A DNA stretch of 64,000 nucleotides from assembly GCA_965224085.1 (NCBI GenBank), contig CBDCYI010000005.1, positions 1,152,001-1,216,000 of the forward strand. The letters are read 5' to 3'. The position numbers and the translations under genes are program-made. This document shows, piece after piece, positions 50,387 through 60,675 of the stretch. This stretch comes from Candidatus Marinacidobacterales bacterium (GTDB lineage: Bacteria > Acidobacteriota > Vicinamibacteria > Marinacidobacterales > SMYC01). Below the pieces are notes generated by a model. It saw only the letters and a program-made list of their open reading frames with translations, was not told where the DNA came from and did not search any database. The first letter of the stretch is position 1. Each line of letters begins with the position of its first letter.

Positions 50387-51473
50387 GGTGTTGTTGCACG
50401 GCCCGGAGCAAATCGCTGACCTCCCTGTGCCGGTCGGAGAGTCACCCGGCGCAGTAAGTATCGGGCATGCCGAGCGCGGTCATCTTGTTGAGTATCTCGC
50501 ACCCAATTCGGTGTTCAACTCGTTGCCTCGCCAACGTTCGAGCCCGCATCTCGGGCCCCATGATCGCCTTGTAACGATAGACCGCGTTCTCCACCATGCT
50601 TCGCTCGGTGCAGCCTGAGAGCTTGTACCATTCACGTCGGCCGTGTCTTTCGATTGCACGAATATGGCGGTCGCGTTCCCGCATGGCGGTGTTCGAATTC
50701 TGACTGAGCGTGGCGTTTCGTTGCGGCGGAATCACCACGCGCGTCCTTCGTCCAGGGCTGTGCGCTTCGATGGCTTCGTAGACCGCTTCCTTGTCGTATG
50801 CACTGTCCGCCGCCACCGACGCTATAGGTGCTTGAATCTGTGTTAGCAAAGGGGGGACTCGCGTTGCGTCGCGAGCTCGTGACGCCGTCAGTTCGGACGC
50901 AACAATGTTGCCGGTCTTGCGATCAACGGCGATGTGCAACTTGCGCCAGGCGCGCTGCTTTGGCGGTTTGCGGGTGGTTCCAACATGAATCCTCAAGCCC
51001 GTGCTATCGATCATCAGGTGGATTGGTTGATTGCTTGCGGCTTTCCCAATCCGCAGCTTCTTGCGGAGCAGCCTCGACCGCCGACACAACGTCGAGTAGT
51101 CCGGGATCTCGATACACAGCCGGAGAAGCGAGGCGATCGAGTGCAAGAAGCCTTCGGTTTGGCGGTAGGCAAGCTTGTACACCATCCGGACAACCAGGCC
51201 CGTTTCAATTGCCATCTCTGAATAGACCCGTTGACCGCCAGGCTTACCGCTCTTGTCGGCCTTCCAGTTCGCGATTGCCTCCTCGTCAAACCAGACCGTC
51301 AAATCGACCCGGCGGCGTAGCCCTTCGTTGTATTCCGCCCAGTTGGAAACGTGGTACTTCTTCTGCTTCGCGTGCTTGTACTGGCTGCGCTTGGGATACT
51401 TCATGGTCGAACATTACCTCGGCCACCACCATAGGTAGATTTCGCGCTCAGCCAAGAGCGGTGCAACAACGCC
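50387..51473 (-). mobile_element. IS5-family (IS903-like) element
   Basis: TIRs ggtgttgttgcac / gtgcaacaacgcc around an intact transposase; no target duplication seen. Confidence 0.88.
50442..51404 (-). CDS. IS5-family transposase
   Basis: NWAEYNEGLRRR.DLTVWF, PDYSTLCRR, IDSTGL, WRKLHIAVD, ADSAYD, RSMVE. Confidence 0.93.
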   Translation of the reverse strand: MKYPKRSQYKHAKQKKYHVSNWAEYNEGLRRRVDLTVWFDEEAIANWKADKSGKPGGQRVYSEMAIETGLVVRMVYKLAYRQTEGFLHSIASLLRLCIEIPDYSTLCRRSRLLRKKLRIGKAASNQPIHLMIDSTGLRIHVGTTRKPPKQRAWRKLHIAVDRKTGNIVASELTASRARDATRVPPLLTQIQAPIASVAADSAYDKEAVYEAIEAHSPGRRTRVVIPPQRNATLSQNSNTAMRERDRHIRAIERHGRREWYKLSGCTERSMVENAVYRYKAIMGPEMRARTLARQRVEHRIGCEILNKMTALGMPDTYCAG

Positions 51474-51481
51474 TCGCCGAC

Positions 51482-52699
51482 ATGAGAAAAGCCATCGATA
51501 ACGGCTACCGCGTACCGGAGTCCCATCTTCGTCTGGGTATGGCTCTCGGTATGACGGGTCGATTCGACGAAGCGCAGGGATCCCTCGACGAGGCGCTTTC
51601 TAGGGATTCCGGCCTGGCTACGGCCTATTATTACAAGGGGCTTTTTCTCTTTCAGGAAGGCGAGGCGCTCGCTGCCGGCCCGGGAAGGGAAAATCCTTAT
51701 GGGATCCACGCGCTCCGGCTACTCGAGCGTTCGCAAGCCATGACGCCCAACCCGCGAACCGCGCTCGTTCTCTCGGAGGCTTATCTGCGGGTCGGCCAGC
51801 AAATGCGCGCGCTCGAAGCGGCGGCCGAGGCGCTTCAAACGCCGCGGCTCGCTCCCGAAGCGCTTCGCTTTCAAGCCGTCGCGCACCACGAGCTTCTCGA
51901 ATACGAAGCTGCCGAGAAGACCTACCGGGCCGCCATCGAAGCGGGCGCGGACTCCGCCGAACTCTATCACGACTTTGGGAATCTCCTTTCCGTAATGGGC
52001 CGCTCGGAAGAAGCCAAAGGGATGCTCGAGGAAGCCCTTTCGCGCGACGGCGACTATCCCGGCGCGCATCTCCAGATAGGGATCGCCTACGTGAACCTTC
52101 GCGAGTTCGAAAAAGCTCTCACACACCTGGAGCGCTTCCTCGCGTTCGCGCCGGCGAGCGCGGAAGGTTGGTATCAAAAGGGCCTCGTGGAATCCAGGCG
52201 CTCGAATCCCGAGGCGGCCGTGGCCTCCTGGAGAAAGGCGCTCGAGCTCGACCCCGGCCAGTCACGACTCTTGTACCGCCTGGGCGCCGAGCTCGTGAAA
52301 CTGGGCCGCGTCGAAGAGCGCACCGCGCTCCTGACGAAGTTCGAGGAGAGGCAAAAACAAGCCGAGCTCGCTTCGCAGAGAGGCGAGGCACTTCAAAACC
52401 TCCTAATTGGCGCGCTCCAAGCGGACGACGACGGAGATGACGCACGAGCCTTCGACCTTCTCCGGCAAGCGCAACAGCTCGCCCCGGAGGATGCACGCCC
52501 CTACGTCTATACCGCTGATTTCTATTTGACGCGGGGCCAGCATTCGGACGCGAGCACAGTCCTGAACGACGGCCTCGTGCAGCTACCGGATGATCTCTCG
52601 CTCCATCAGATGCTGCTCTCTAGCTTTCAGGCGGCCGGGAACGACGCCGGAGTGGCGCGGGAGAGGGCCCGTATCCAGCAGCTCACTTCGAGAAAGTGA
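51482..52699 (+). CDS. TPR-repeat protein, probably 5'-truncated by IS5
   Basis: multiple TPR motifs; begins immediately after the IS end. Confidence 0.75.
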   Translation: MRKAIDNGYRVPESHLRLGMALGMTGRFDEAQGSLDEALSRDSGLATAYYYKGLFLFQEGEALAAGPGRENPYGIHALRLLERSQAMTPNPRTALVLSEAYLRVGQQMRALEAAAEALQTPRLAPEALRFQAVAHHELLEYEAAEKTYRAAIEAGADSAELYHDFGNLLSVMGRSEEAKGMLEEALSRDGDYPGAHLQIGIAYVNLREFEKALTHLERFLAFAPASAEGWYQKGLVESRRSNPEAAVASWRKALELDPGQSRLLYRLGAELVKLGRVEERTALLTKFEERQKQAELASQRGEALQNLLIGALQADDDGDDARAFDLLRQAQQLAPEDARPYVYTADFYLTRGQHSDASTVLNDGLVQLPDDLSLHQMLLSSFQAAGNDAGVARERARIQQLTSRK

Positions 52700-54381
52700 G
52701 CCTTTCGCGACGAGTCACTTTGGCGCTTACTGTGGGACTATGTCCCGTCGGGGGTGCCCTGGCACAGGAAGACTTGCCACGCTACCGCGACGTTGCGCGC
52801 GTCGCCGGCATCGATTTCCAGAACACCTTCGGCAGCCTCCCCAAGAAGTATCTGACGGAGACCACTGGCTCCGGCGCCGCTTTCCTCGATTTCGACGGTG
52901 ACGGCAACCTCGACGTCTACCTGGCCAATGGACGCCCGCGGGAGATAGGCACGTCGGGGGCTCCGTCACCCGTAAACCGCCTGTACAAAAACCTGGGGAA
53001 CGGAGCGTTTCGCGACGTCACCATCAAGGCAGGTGTAGGCGATAGCGGCTGGAGCGGCGGCATAGCGACGGCTGACTACGACAACGATGGAGACGTCGAC
53101 CTCTTCGTGACGAACGAGGGCGCGAACGTGCTGTTGCGTAACAACGGCGACGGCACCTTCAGCGACGTGACCATCGCGGCGGGGCTTTCCGGCGAACGCT
53201 TTAGCACAGGCGCCTCTTTCGGTGACGTCGACGGTGATGGTTTTCTCGATCTCTACATCGCGCATTACATCGCGTTCGATACGAAGCTCCTCGACAGTAT
53301 CGATCCCCGCTTCTGCCGCTTTAAAGGCATTCGCGTGATGTGCGGACCAAGAGGCCTCCCTGGAGCCCGAGACGAGCTCTATCTGAACCAGCGGGACGGA
53401 ACCTTTCGCGATGTGAGCTCAGAAGCGGGCTTGGACGGAAGTGACGGGAGGGGTCTGGGCGTTGTTTTTATCGATTTCGATGATGACGGGGATCGCGACC
53501 TCTTTGTCGCCAACGATTCGAGCCCCGATTTCCTCTACTCGAACGACGGCAGCGGTCGATTCGAGAACGTGGCTCTGTCCGCTGGAGCCGCTTACTCCAT
53601 GTACGGACGTGCCCAGGCAGGAATGGGCGCCGATGCCGGTGACTTCGACGAGGACGGCCTCGAAGATCTCATCGTCACGAACTTCCACGGTGACTACAAC
53701 GCCCTCCGCCGAAATCTCGGAAACGGTCTGTTTCAAGACGTCAGCGATCCGTCGGGCCTTTCGGAAGCGAGCTGGGACCGCCTGAGCTGGGGCGTGAAAT
53801 TTCTAGACGCCAACCTCGATGGTTTCGTCGACCTGTTCATCGTCAACGGGCACATCTATCCCGAAGTCGACGATGCTGGCATCGGGGAAAGCTACTATCA
53901 ACCCAACCAGCTGCTTCTCAACGTCCCGGGGCCAACCACGCGCATCTTCGAGGACGTTTCTCGAGACGTGGAGCTCACGCGATCCCTCTCCAGCCGGGGG
54001 ATGGCCGTCGGCGACTTCGATAATGACGGAGACTGGGATCTGCTCGTTACAAATATCAATGACAAGGCGGTTCTTCTTGAAGATCAGGCGGCTCACACGA
54101 ACCGCTGGGCTCGGCTCACGGTGATCGGAACGTCGAGCGATCGGAACGCATCGGCCGTCGCGATCCGGTACGAAGTCGAAGGCCGAGCCCATCATCGCCG
54201 GGCAGGCTCCTTCGGAAGCTATCTTTCAGCGCACGATCCGAGGGTCCTCCTCGGCTTGGGTACGGCGATGCGGCTCGACCACCTTTCGCTGCGGTGGCCG
54301 GGCGGTGACGTCCAGGAGCTTGGTCCGCTCCTGGCGGGCGAAGACGCCGTCATCGTCGAGGGTGTAGGACGAGTTAAATAG
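52696..54381 (+). CDS. CRTAC1-like FG-GAP + ASPIC/UnbV protein
   Basis: ETTGSGAAFLDFDGDG.LD, CGPRGLPG, NGHIYP, SRGMAVGDFDNDGD, SYLSAHD. Confidence 0.9.
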   Translation: MSLSRRVTLALTVGLCPVGGALAQEDLPRYRDVARVAGIDFQNTFGSLPKKYLTETTGSGAAFLDFDGDGNLDVYLANGRPREIGTSGAPSPVNRLYKNLGNGAFRDVTIKAGVGDSGWSGGIATADYDNDGDVDLFVTNEGANVLLRNNGDGTFSDVTIAAGLSGERFSTGASFGDVDGDGFLDLYIAHYIAFDTKLLDSIDPRFCRFKGIRVMCGPRGLPGARDELYLNQRDGTFRDVSSEAGLDGSDGRGLGVVFIDFDDDGDRDLFVANDSSPDFLYSNDGSGRFENVALSAGAAYSMYGRAQAGMGADAGDFDEDGLEDLIVTNFHGDYNALRRNLGNGLFQDVSDPSGLSEASWDRLSWGVKFLDANLDGFVDLFIVNGHIYPEVDDAGIGESYYQPNQLLLNVPGPTTRIFEDVSRDVELTRSLSSRGMAVGDFDNDGDWDLLVTNINDKAVLLEDQAAHTNRWARLTVIGTSSDRNASAVAIRYEVEGRAHHRRAGSFGSYLSAHDPRVLLGLGTAMRLDHLSLRWPGGDVQELGPLLAGEDAVIVEGVGRVK

Positions 54382-54391
54382 CGCTCGGACG

Positions 54392-54559
54392 CTAGTGCTC
54401 GAACCCGCTAATCCTGTCGGGTCAAGTCCTAGGCCATTTTTGGTACTGAAAAGGCGCGACGACGACGTTATATCTGGATACTTCGAGGAGGCCTAGGCAG
54501 TCAGCGCCGAAAAGGGTCAGGAATTTCACCACGACAGGATTAGCTGGTTCGGGCACTAG
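54392..54559. mobile_element. 168-bp CTAG-bounded MITE
   Basis: about 28-bp TIRs ctagtgctcgaacccgctaatcctgtcg / cgacaggattagctggttcgggcactag; the right CTAG supplies the stop codon of the adjacent gene fragment. Confidence 0.75.
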
Positions 54560-55190
54560 CGCGTCAGGCGAAGGTAGATCCGCATGTGCTCGTCGGCGTC
54601 TTCTTCGCGAAGGGCTGCGCGGTAGGCCTCCGCGATATGAAGGTGGGCCATGGCAAGGTCGGGATCCGCTTCAATGGCAGCGGCCAGGAACGATAGTGCT
54701 TCGTCGACGCGCTTCGTGCGTGTGAGTAGAAAGCCAAGGTCGCTCAGCCCCGGCGCGTGCGACGGCGCGAGAGTCACCAAACGTCTCAAGATGCGCTCCG
54801 CCGCTTCGATGCGATCTTCACCCCAGTAAACATGGCCGAGCAGATAGAGGAAGCTGCTGGTCGGTGGGACGAGAAGAAAGCGCCGTTTCCAACAGGTCGA
54901 TGGCTTCTTTGGCCAGCCCCATAAAACGCAACAAGTCCGCCCGACCGAGCACCAACGTCGTGTCGTCGGGTGCGAGCTGACTTGCTTGCTCGACCGTCTC
55001 GAGGGCTTTTTCCAGCTGGCCGTGCTGCTGATAGATCTGGGCGAGCGAGATGTAACCCTCGACCTCGTCCGGAAAGAAGAGAACGCGATTTCGATGGCGC
55101 TCGAGCGCGTCGTCGAGGGCCATGAGCTCTTCGAACTTGCTCAGAGGCTCCCGCGCTTCCGCACTTCGCCCGATACGGGTCAAGAGTGTA
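54556..55190 (-). pseudogene. TPR protein fragments
   Basis: TPR-like ORFs 54556-54789 and 54818-55183 in different frames, no intact start. Confidence 0.55.
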
Positions 55191-55219
55191 CCTAGTTGAT
55201 AATGGGCGGCCGCGAAACG

Positions 55220-55530
55220 GGGTCGTAGGGTAATCGCTTTTCCGAGGCCAAGCTCGGAGTCGAGACGCGTTGGTAGCCGTAGGCTGGCAGATGGTCCGCT
55301 CGCAGCGTATCTGCAGTGACGAGGACGATGTTCAGGCGATGGCCGCTTCGGGCGTTTTGTTCGAGAACGCTCACACGGTCGTGCCTCTCACGCTACCGGC
55401 CACACTCGTCGATGTTCACGGGAACCTTCCCGATGTATCACGGCGTGCGGGACAACGGAGGCTACTACCTGGACGAGAAACACGTCACGCTTGCTGAGAC
55501 GCTTCAAGAGAACGGTTATGCCACGGGGAG
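55220..55530 (+). pseudogene. sulfatase fragment
   Basis: [17 protein letters not shown] (frameshift) HSSMFTG..HGVRDNG..TLAETLQENGYAT; a minus-strand [15 protein letters not shown] piece is adjacent. Confidence 0.6.
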
Positions 55531-55783
55531 GCGGCGATCGAGATCAACGGGGAATTCGCGATAGGCCATCTTTACCTGGCGAAGTTCTATCTCGACACCG
55601 GCGTTCTCGACAAAGCTTACGAGCTGGCCTCGAAGGGCATCGAGCTCGGCCCCGAGCCTTCGATGGCGCCTCTGGGTCACTTCATCCTGGCCGACATCTA
55701 CAATCGCCAGGGACGCGCGGAAGAGGCGGAGCGCGAGCTCCGTGCGGCTGAGCGCGCCTCCAGGGCCCTTGAGTCCCCCTGAA
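55530..55783 (+). pseudogene. TPR C-terminal fragment
   Basis: EFAIGHLYLAKFYLD..LGHFILADIYNRQGR, typical of sulfatase-TPR tails. Confidence 0.5.
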
Positions 55784-55804
55784 TTGCGCATGCCGCAATA
55801 GCAA

Positions 55805-58009
55805 TCACTCCGGCGCCCAAACGCGCACGCGCCCGTCCCCGAGCCCCGCAACGAGAAGAGGCTCGTCGCTCGTGACCACGACCCCGGTGAACGTCTCCTC
55901 CGATCGGCCGTAGAGCGTTTGACGAGGATTCCCCGCCATGAGGTCCCAGATGAGCAAGCTGTTATCCATCGCGACGCTCGCGAGCTCGGTCCCTCCGGGA
56001 AAGTAGGCGAGCCCCGCAATCGCTTTTTTGTGCGCTGTCAGCGATTGGACTTCCTCTTGCCGATTCAAGTCGAAGATACGGATGATTCCGTCACGCGACC
56101 CGCTCGCGATCTGAGCGCCGTCCGGAGCGAGAATACAGGTCGTCAATGGCGCGCTGTGGCCTCTGAGCGTCGCCGTTAGCCGGCCCGTTTTGCTGTCGTG
56201 AACGCGCAGGACTGCCTTCGTGTTACCGGCGATGAGCTGCGCCCCGTCTTCGGAATAGAGCAGCGTGGTCACGCCCGAAGGCTGCCGGATGAGCTGCCTC
56301 TGCGCATCGCCTTGGCGAAGCAAGTCGAGGTTCCACAGCTTGACGGTGCTATCGAGAGCACAGGAGGCGAGCGTGGTGCCGTCAGGCGAGAACGCGAGCT
56401 GGCCAATCGAAGCATCGTGGCGAACGCGCACCGTGACCTGGTCCCCCATATCGAGGCTCCAGAGATGGATTTGGCCATCCACGTGGCCGGACGCAAGAAA
56501 GGCCCCGTCCGGGGAGAACGCGAGAGACGTCGCGAGCGCTTCATGGCCGGCTCGCTGATGAAGCTCCGTGCGGAAGCTCGCAACCTTTCGTCGCGAATCG
56601 ATATCCCAAAGGCGCACCGAGCCGTCGACGCCGCCAGCGGCGACGAGCTGAGGGCTTGGACCGATGGACAGTACTTGAATGCCCGGTGGCTCCCCAAAAG
56701 TCGCCGATTCGGCGAAGGTGAGCTCGGCGCGCACGCGGGTGTGACGATAAGTCTGCGGACGCAGCGAACCCGTGCGCACGCGTCCCGGCCGCGCCGGCGT
56801 GTCGAGAAGTTCCTTCAGCTCGATCGCAGCCTCGAAACTGGGCTCGACGGCGAGCACGTCGTCGACGATACGCAGGGCTGCGCTGCGATTGCCCGCCGTC
56901 AGAGCCATCCGCGCTTCGTCCACCCATCGCGCCGCGTCGAAGGACGAGGGCGGCCCCGGTTTCTGCACGATCGTCTCTTGCGCTTGCATCCGCTCGAGAG
57001 CAATCTCGATCTCGGAGACGAGATCGACGACGGATGCATGGGAAGGCTCGAGCGCCTGAGCACGCCGTGCGGCCTCGAGCGCGCGCTGGTGCTCCCCCTT
57101 TTGGAGCAAGCCCCGCGCGAGCTCGAAATTCGTCTGATAGCTGCGCGCCCTCTCTTCGTCGGGGGGCTCCGCCGAAGCGGGCGCCTTACCCATGATCTGA
57201 TCGATCGCGCGACCCAACAATGCCAGATCGCGAAAGCGTTGGTCCGGGGCCTTGCTCAAAACGCGCTCGACCAACGCTACGAGCTTGGCAGGCAAGCCGA
57301 GCGCACGAGCATCGAGGGCCTGCGGCTCGGAGTGCACGATTTGATATACGAGACCGGGAACCGTCGAGGCTGTGAACGGCCTGTCTTTGCCCAGGAACTC
57401 GTAAAGAATGACGCCGACAGCCCACATATCGGCGCGATGATCGAGCTTCGCGCCCGAGATTTGCTCCGGGGCCATGTAGTTGGGCGTTCCCATGACGAGT
57501 CCCGTTTTCGTCTTGACCCCGGAGCCTTCGCCCATCGCGATCCCGAAATCGAGTACTTTCGCGGTCCCGTCGGGCAAGACTTGGATGTTCCCGGGCTTGA
57601 CGTCGCGATGGATGACACCCCGCTTGTGGGCATAGTCGAGTCCCCGACAGATCTGAGAAACGATGTTCAACTTATCCTCGAGCCGCTCGGGCTCGCCCTG
57701 CTCCATGAGCTGCGCCAGGCTATCCCCCTCCAGAAGCTCCATCACAATGTAAGGCACACCTTGACCCTCGAGCTCCCCGAAGTCGAAGATCGTGACGATA
57801 TTGGGGTGTTGGAGCCCGGCGGCCGATCGCGCCTCCCGGTCGAACCGACCGCGCATCTCCTCTTCGATGAGAAGATCTTCGGACATCATCTTGATGGCAA
57901 CGATGCGGTGGAGAACCGGGTCGCGCGCTTTGTAGACCGTGCCCATCGCGCCACGACCCAGCTCGCCAAGCACGACGTACTTATTGATTTTTTCGGGATT
58001 CGACGGCAT
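55805..58009 (-). CDS. Ser/Thr protein kinase with TPR and WD40 repeats
   Basis: LGRGAMGTVYKA, VAIK, HRDVKPGN, DFG, GTPNYMAPE; WD40 repeats. Confidence 0.93.
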   Translation of the reverse strand: MPSNPEKINKYVVLGELGRGAMGTVYKARDPVLHRIVAIKMMSEDLLIEEEMRGRFDREARSAAGLQHPNIVTIFDFGELEGQGVPYIVMELLEGDSLAQLMEQGEPERLEDKLNIVSQICRGLDYAHKRGVIHRDVKPGNIQVLPDGTAKVLDFGIAMGEGSGVKTKTGLVMGTPNYMAPEQISGAKLDHRADMWAVGVILYEFLGKDRPFTASTVPGLVYQIVHSEPQALDARALGLPAKLVALVERVLSKAPDQRFRDLALLGRAIDQIMGKAPASAEPPDEERARSYQTNFELARGLLQKGEHQRALEAARRAQALEPSHASVVDLVSEIEIALERMQAQETIVQKPGPPSSFDAARWVDEARMALTAGNRSAALRIVDDVLAVEPSFEAAIELKELLDTPARPGRVRTGSLRPQTYRHTRVRAELTFAESATFGEPPGIQVLSIGPSPQLVAAGGVDGSVRLWDIDSRRKVASFRTELHQRAGHEALATSLAFSPDGAFLASGHVDGQIHLWSLDMGDQVTVRVRHDASIGQLAFSPDGTTLASCALDSTVKLWNLDLLRQGDAQRQLIRQPSGVTTLLYSEDGAQLIAGNTKAVLRVHDSKTGRLTATLRGHSAPLTTCILAPDGAQIASGSRDGIIRIFDLNRQEEVQSLTAHKKAIAGLAYFPGGTELASVAMDNSLLIWDLMAGNPRQTLYGRSEETFTGVVVTSDEPLLVAGLGDGRVRVWAPE

Positions 58010-58145
58010 CGCCTTGGGAACGAGTGATTCTCATTGGAGCGCGAGAAAAGCGGGCGCTCCGACCGATATTTCTATTATATCATTCGCGCCGGCCGGCTTC
58101 TCGTCGGGCTCCTGGCCGAGCGCCCGTCAGGCGCTTCTCAGGACT

Positions 58146-59186
58146 TCACGCCTGGCCTCCTAGTGTGATCTTTCGCAAGCGGCTTTGATAAGCCTCGCTA
58201 TCATAGACCTCGGGGTTCACGCAGTTGGGCGCTTTTTCGAGCTTCCCATGCGCGACGGCGTTGTCGGCGCACATGGTCGCCATCTTGTTTCGCGTGTCGC
58301 GGCTCGCCGAGGCGATGTGTGGCAGGATGACGACATTGTCGAGCTCGGCCAGTCCGGGCGCCATGGCGGGCTCGGCCTCGAACACGTCGAGCCCGGCGCC
58401 GGCAATCGCCTCGCTTCTCAGCGCGTCGACGAGAGCACGCTCGTCGACGATGGGGCCGCGAGCCGTGTTGATGAGATAGGCGGTCGACTTCATTTTCGCA
58501 AAAGCCGCCGCATTGATGAGATGACGCGTGGATGCGTTCAAATCCGTATGCACAGACACGAAGTCGCTCTCTTCGAGCAATGGATCCAGCTCGGCATAAT
58601 CGACGCCGTCCATTCCGTCGATCAAATTCTGGATGGGCGGGTCGTAGGCGAGTACCCGCATATCGAAGCCTCGAGCGCGACGGAACATGGCCTGACCTAT
58701 GCGGCCGAAGCCGATGATGCCGAGCACTTTGGGCGTTCCGTCGCCCCCCTTCGAGATATCGCCGCCCAGGAACAGACTCGGCCCCCAGATTTTGTACTTC
58801 CCCGCCCGCATGTAGCGATCGGCGGCTACGACGTTTCGCGCGACGGACATGAGCAATGTCCAAGTGAGGTCGGCTGTCGTATCGGTGAGTACACCGGGTG
58901 TGTTCGTGATGGGGAGGCCGAGCTCGGTCGCGGCCTCCACATCGATATTGTTGTAGCCCACGGCGTAGTTGGCGACGCCGCGCAGCCTCTCACCGGCGGC
59001 GAGCACGTCGCGGTCCACGGACTCCGTCAAGAGCGAGACGAGCACGTCCGCGGAGCGCACACCCGCGAGAACGCTCTCTCGGGGTACGATCGCATCTTCG
59101 ATCTCCATGGCGATGGAAAGCTCACCGGCACCCGTCAAGATCTCGAGACCGGCTTCGGGAATCTTGCGCGTTGCGAAAATCTTCAC
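58146..59186 (-). CDS. D-glycerate dehydrogenase/glyoxylate reductase family
   Basis: AVGYNNIDV, NTPGVLT, GFGRIG, INTARG, LDVFE.EP, PHIASA. Confidence 0.92.
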   Translation of the reverse strand: MKIFATRKIPEAGLEILTGAGELSIAMEIEDAIVPRESVLAGVRSADVLVSLLTESVDRDVLAAGERLRGVANYAVGYNNIDVEAATELGLPITNTPGVLTDTTADLTWTLLMSVARNVVAADRYMRAGKYKIWGPSLFLGGDISKGGDGTPKVLGIIGFGRIGQAMFRRARGFDMRVLAYDPPIQNLIDGMDGVDYAELDPLLEESDFVSVHTDLNASTRHLINAAAFAKMKSTAYLINTARGPIVDERALVDALRSEAIAGAGLDVFEAEPAMAPGLAELDNVVILPHIASASRDTRNKMATMCADNAVAHGKLEKAPNCVNPEVYDSEAYQSRLRKITLGGQA

Positions 59187-59187
59187 G

Positions 59188-60489
59188 TCAGACTCCGAGT
59201 GCTGTGGCATCTTCTTTGAACTTCTCGAACCCGGCATGATCGGAAGCCCCTTTGCGGATCCGTGCGACACCTTCCTTGATGGAGTCCATATCCGTCGCGT
59301 AGGAAAGGCGCAGAAAATGCTGGCCCTCGCTCTTCAAAACGCCGAAGCTTCGCCGATCGACGAGCGCGACGCCGCTGTAATACAAGAGAAAACGCTGAAA
59401 GAGCGTCGCCGGGCTCGTCTTGCCCCGCCTTTCCTCCGAAAGACCATCGTAGTACTCGTGGACCCCGAGCTCGGCGCAAACGCCCGAAACATTAGGAAAC
59501 ACGTAGAACGCGCCAAGAGGTTTAATGCACGTTATGCCTGGGATGTCATTGAGCGCGGGCACGACGTAGTCTCTCCGCTTCTTGAACTCCGAGATCATGT
59601 GCGCAACCACTTCGACAGTCTTCGGGTTCTCGAAAGCCTCGCGTGCTGCCTCCTGCGCGAAAGGCGGCACGCAGCTGACGGTATTGATGTTGAGCTGCTT
59701 CCACAGGGCCGCTTCCTCTTCGTTTGGCAGCACCGACCAACCGAGGCGCCAACCCGTCATGGCAAAGCCTTTCGAGTGTCCACTCGCAATGATCGTGCGC
59801 TCCTTCATTCCCGGCGCCTGAGAAATCGAGAAATGCTCGAAGCCGTCAAACGTGATGTGCTCGTAGATCTCGTCGGAATAGACCCGCAAATCGGGCTGCG
59901 CCTTCGAGCGCACGACCTCGGCAACGCTTTCGAGGATCCCTCGCGAGAGAACGCCGCCTGTCGGGTTCGACGGCGAGCACAACATGAGAAGCTTTGTCTT
60001 TGCAGTGATGAGTGCTTCGAGCTCCTCCGCCGTGAAGGCAAACCCGTTCTCTTCGCGGAGAACGAGCGGCACGGGTGTGCCGCCTATATACGTCACCCAA
60101 GATTCATAAATGGGAAATCCTGGGCTCGGATAGATGACCTCGTCGCCCGGATTGACATAGCTCATCATCGCGTAGCCGATCGCAGGCTTGGCTCCGGGGA
60201 GGATGATCACTTGATCGGCGCTCACATTGAGACCGCGTGTTTTTTTGACATGGGCCGCCGTCGCTTCGCGAAGAGGCTTGATCCCGGCGGGGTCCGTATA
60301 GTGTGTATTGCCAGCGAGAATATTGTCGATGCCTACTTGGTTGATGTGGGGCGCGCTATCGAAGTCCGGCTCGCCGATGGTAAAGCGGATGACGTCCACA
60401 CCGCGCGCTTGGGCTCGCGCCACGTCATCTCCAATCTTGAACGCATTCTCCGTACCCATGGCGGCAATTCTGTCCGCGATCACACCCAT
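59188..60489 (-). CDS. class I PLP-dependent aminotransferase (AspAT-like)
   Basis: IGEPDF, PGAK, SPSNPTG, SDEIYE, SKGFAMTGWRLG, GAFYVFP, LRLSYA. Confidence 0.92.
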   Translation of the reverse strand: MGVIADRIAAMGTENAFKIGDDVARAQARGVDVIRFTIGEPDFDSAPHINQVGIDNILAGNTHYTDPAGIKPLREATAAHVKKTRGLNVSADQVIILPGAKPAIGYAMMSYVNPGDEVIYPSPGFPIYESWVTYIGGTPVPLVLREENGFAFTAEELEALITAKTKLLMLCSPSNPTGGVLSRGILESVAEVVRSKAQPDLRVYSDEIYEHITFDGFEHFSISQAPGMKERTIIASGHSKGFAMTGWRLGWSVLPNEEEAALWKQLNINTVSCVPPFAQEAAREAFENPKTVEVVAHMISEFKKRRDYVVPALNDIPGITCIKPLGAFYVFPNVSGVCAELGVHEYYDGLSEERRGKTSPATLFQRFLLYYSGVALVDRRSFGVLKSEGQHFLRLSYATDMDSIKEGVARIRKGASDHAGFEKFKEDATALGV

Positions 60490-60675
60490 TTCTGTTCGAG
60501 CTCCTTGTGTCCAAACGGTTGATTGTAAGGCGCGGGAAGACCCGGTGACAAGCTCAGAAAGACGTCCGAAAAGAACAAGAGAACGGGGAGTTCGAGGGAG
60601 ACGGGCAACGCCTGGTCGGCGTGCGTCGAAGTGTCTATAATGGAGTTATATTCTGGAACCATCTCGGAGGCGTTT

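Noticed and set aside
50828-51481. N-terminal extension of the 623-aa TPR ORF
   Set aside because: It is antisense read-through of the IS5 transposase.
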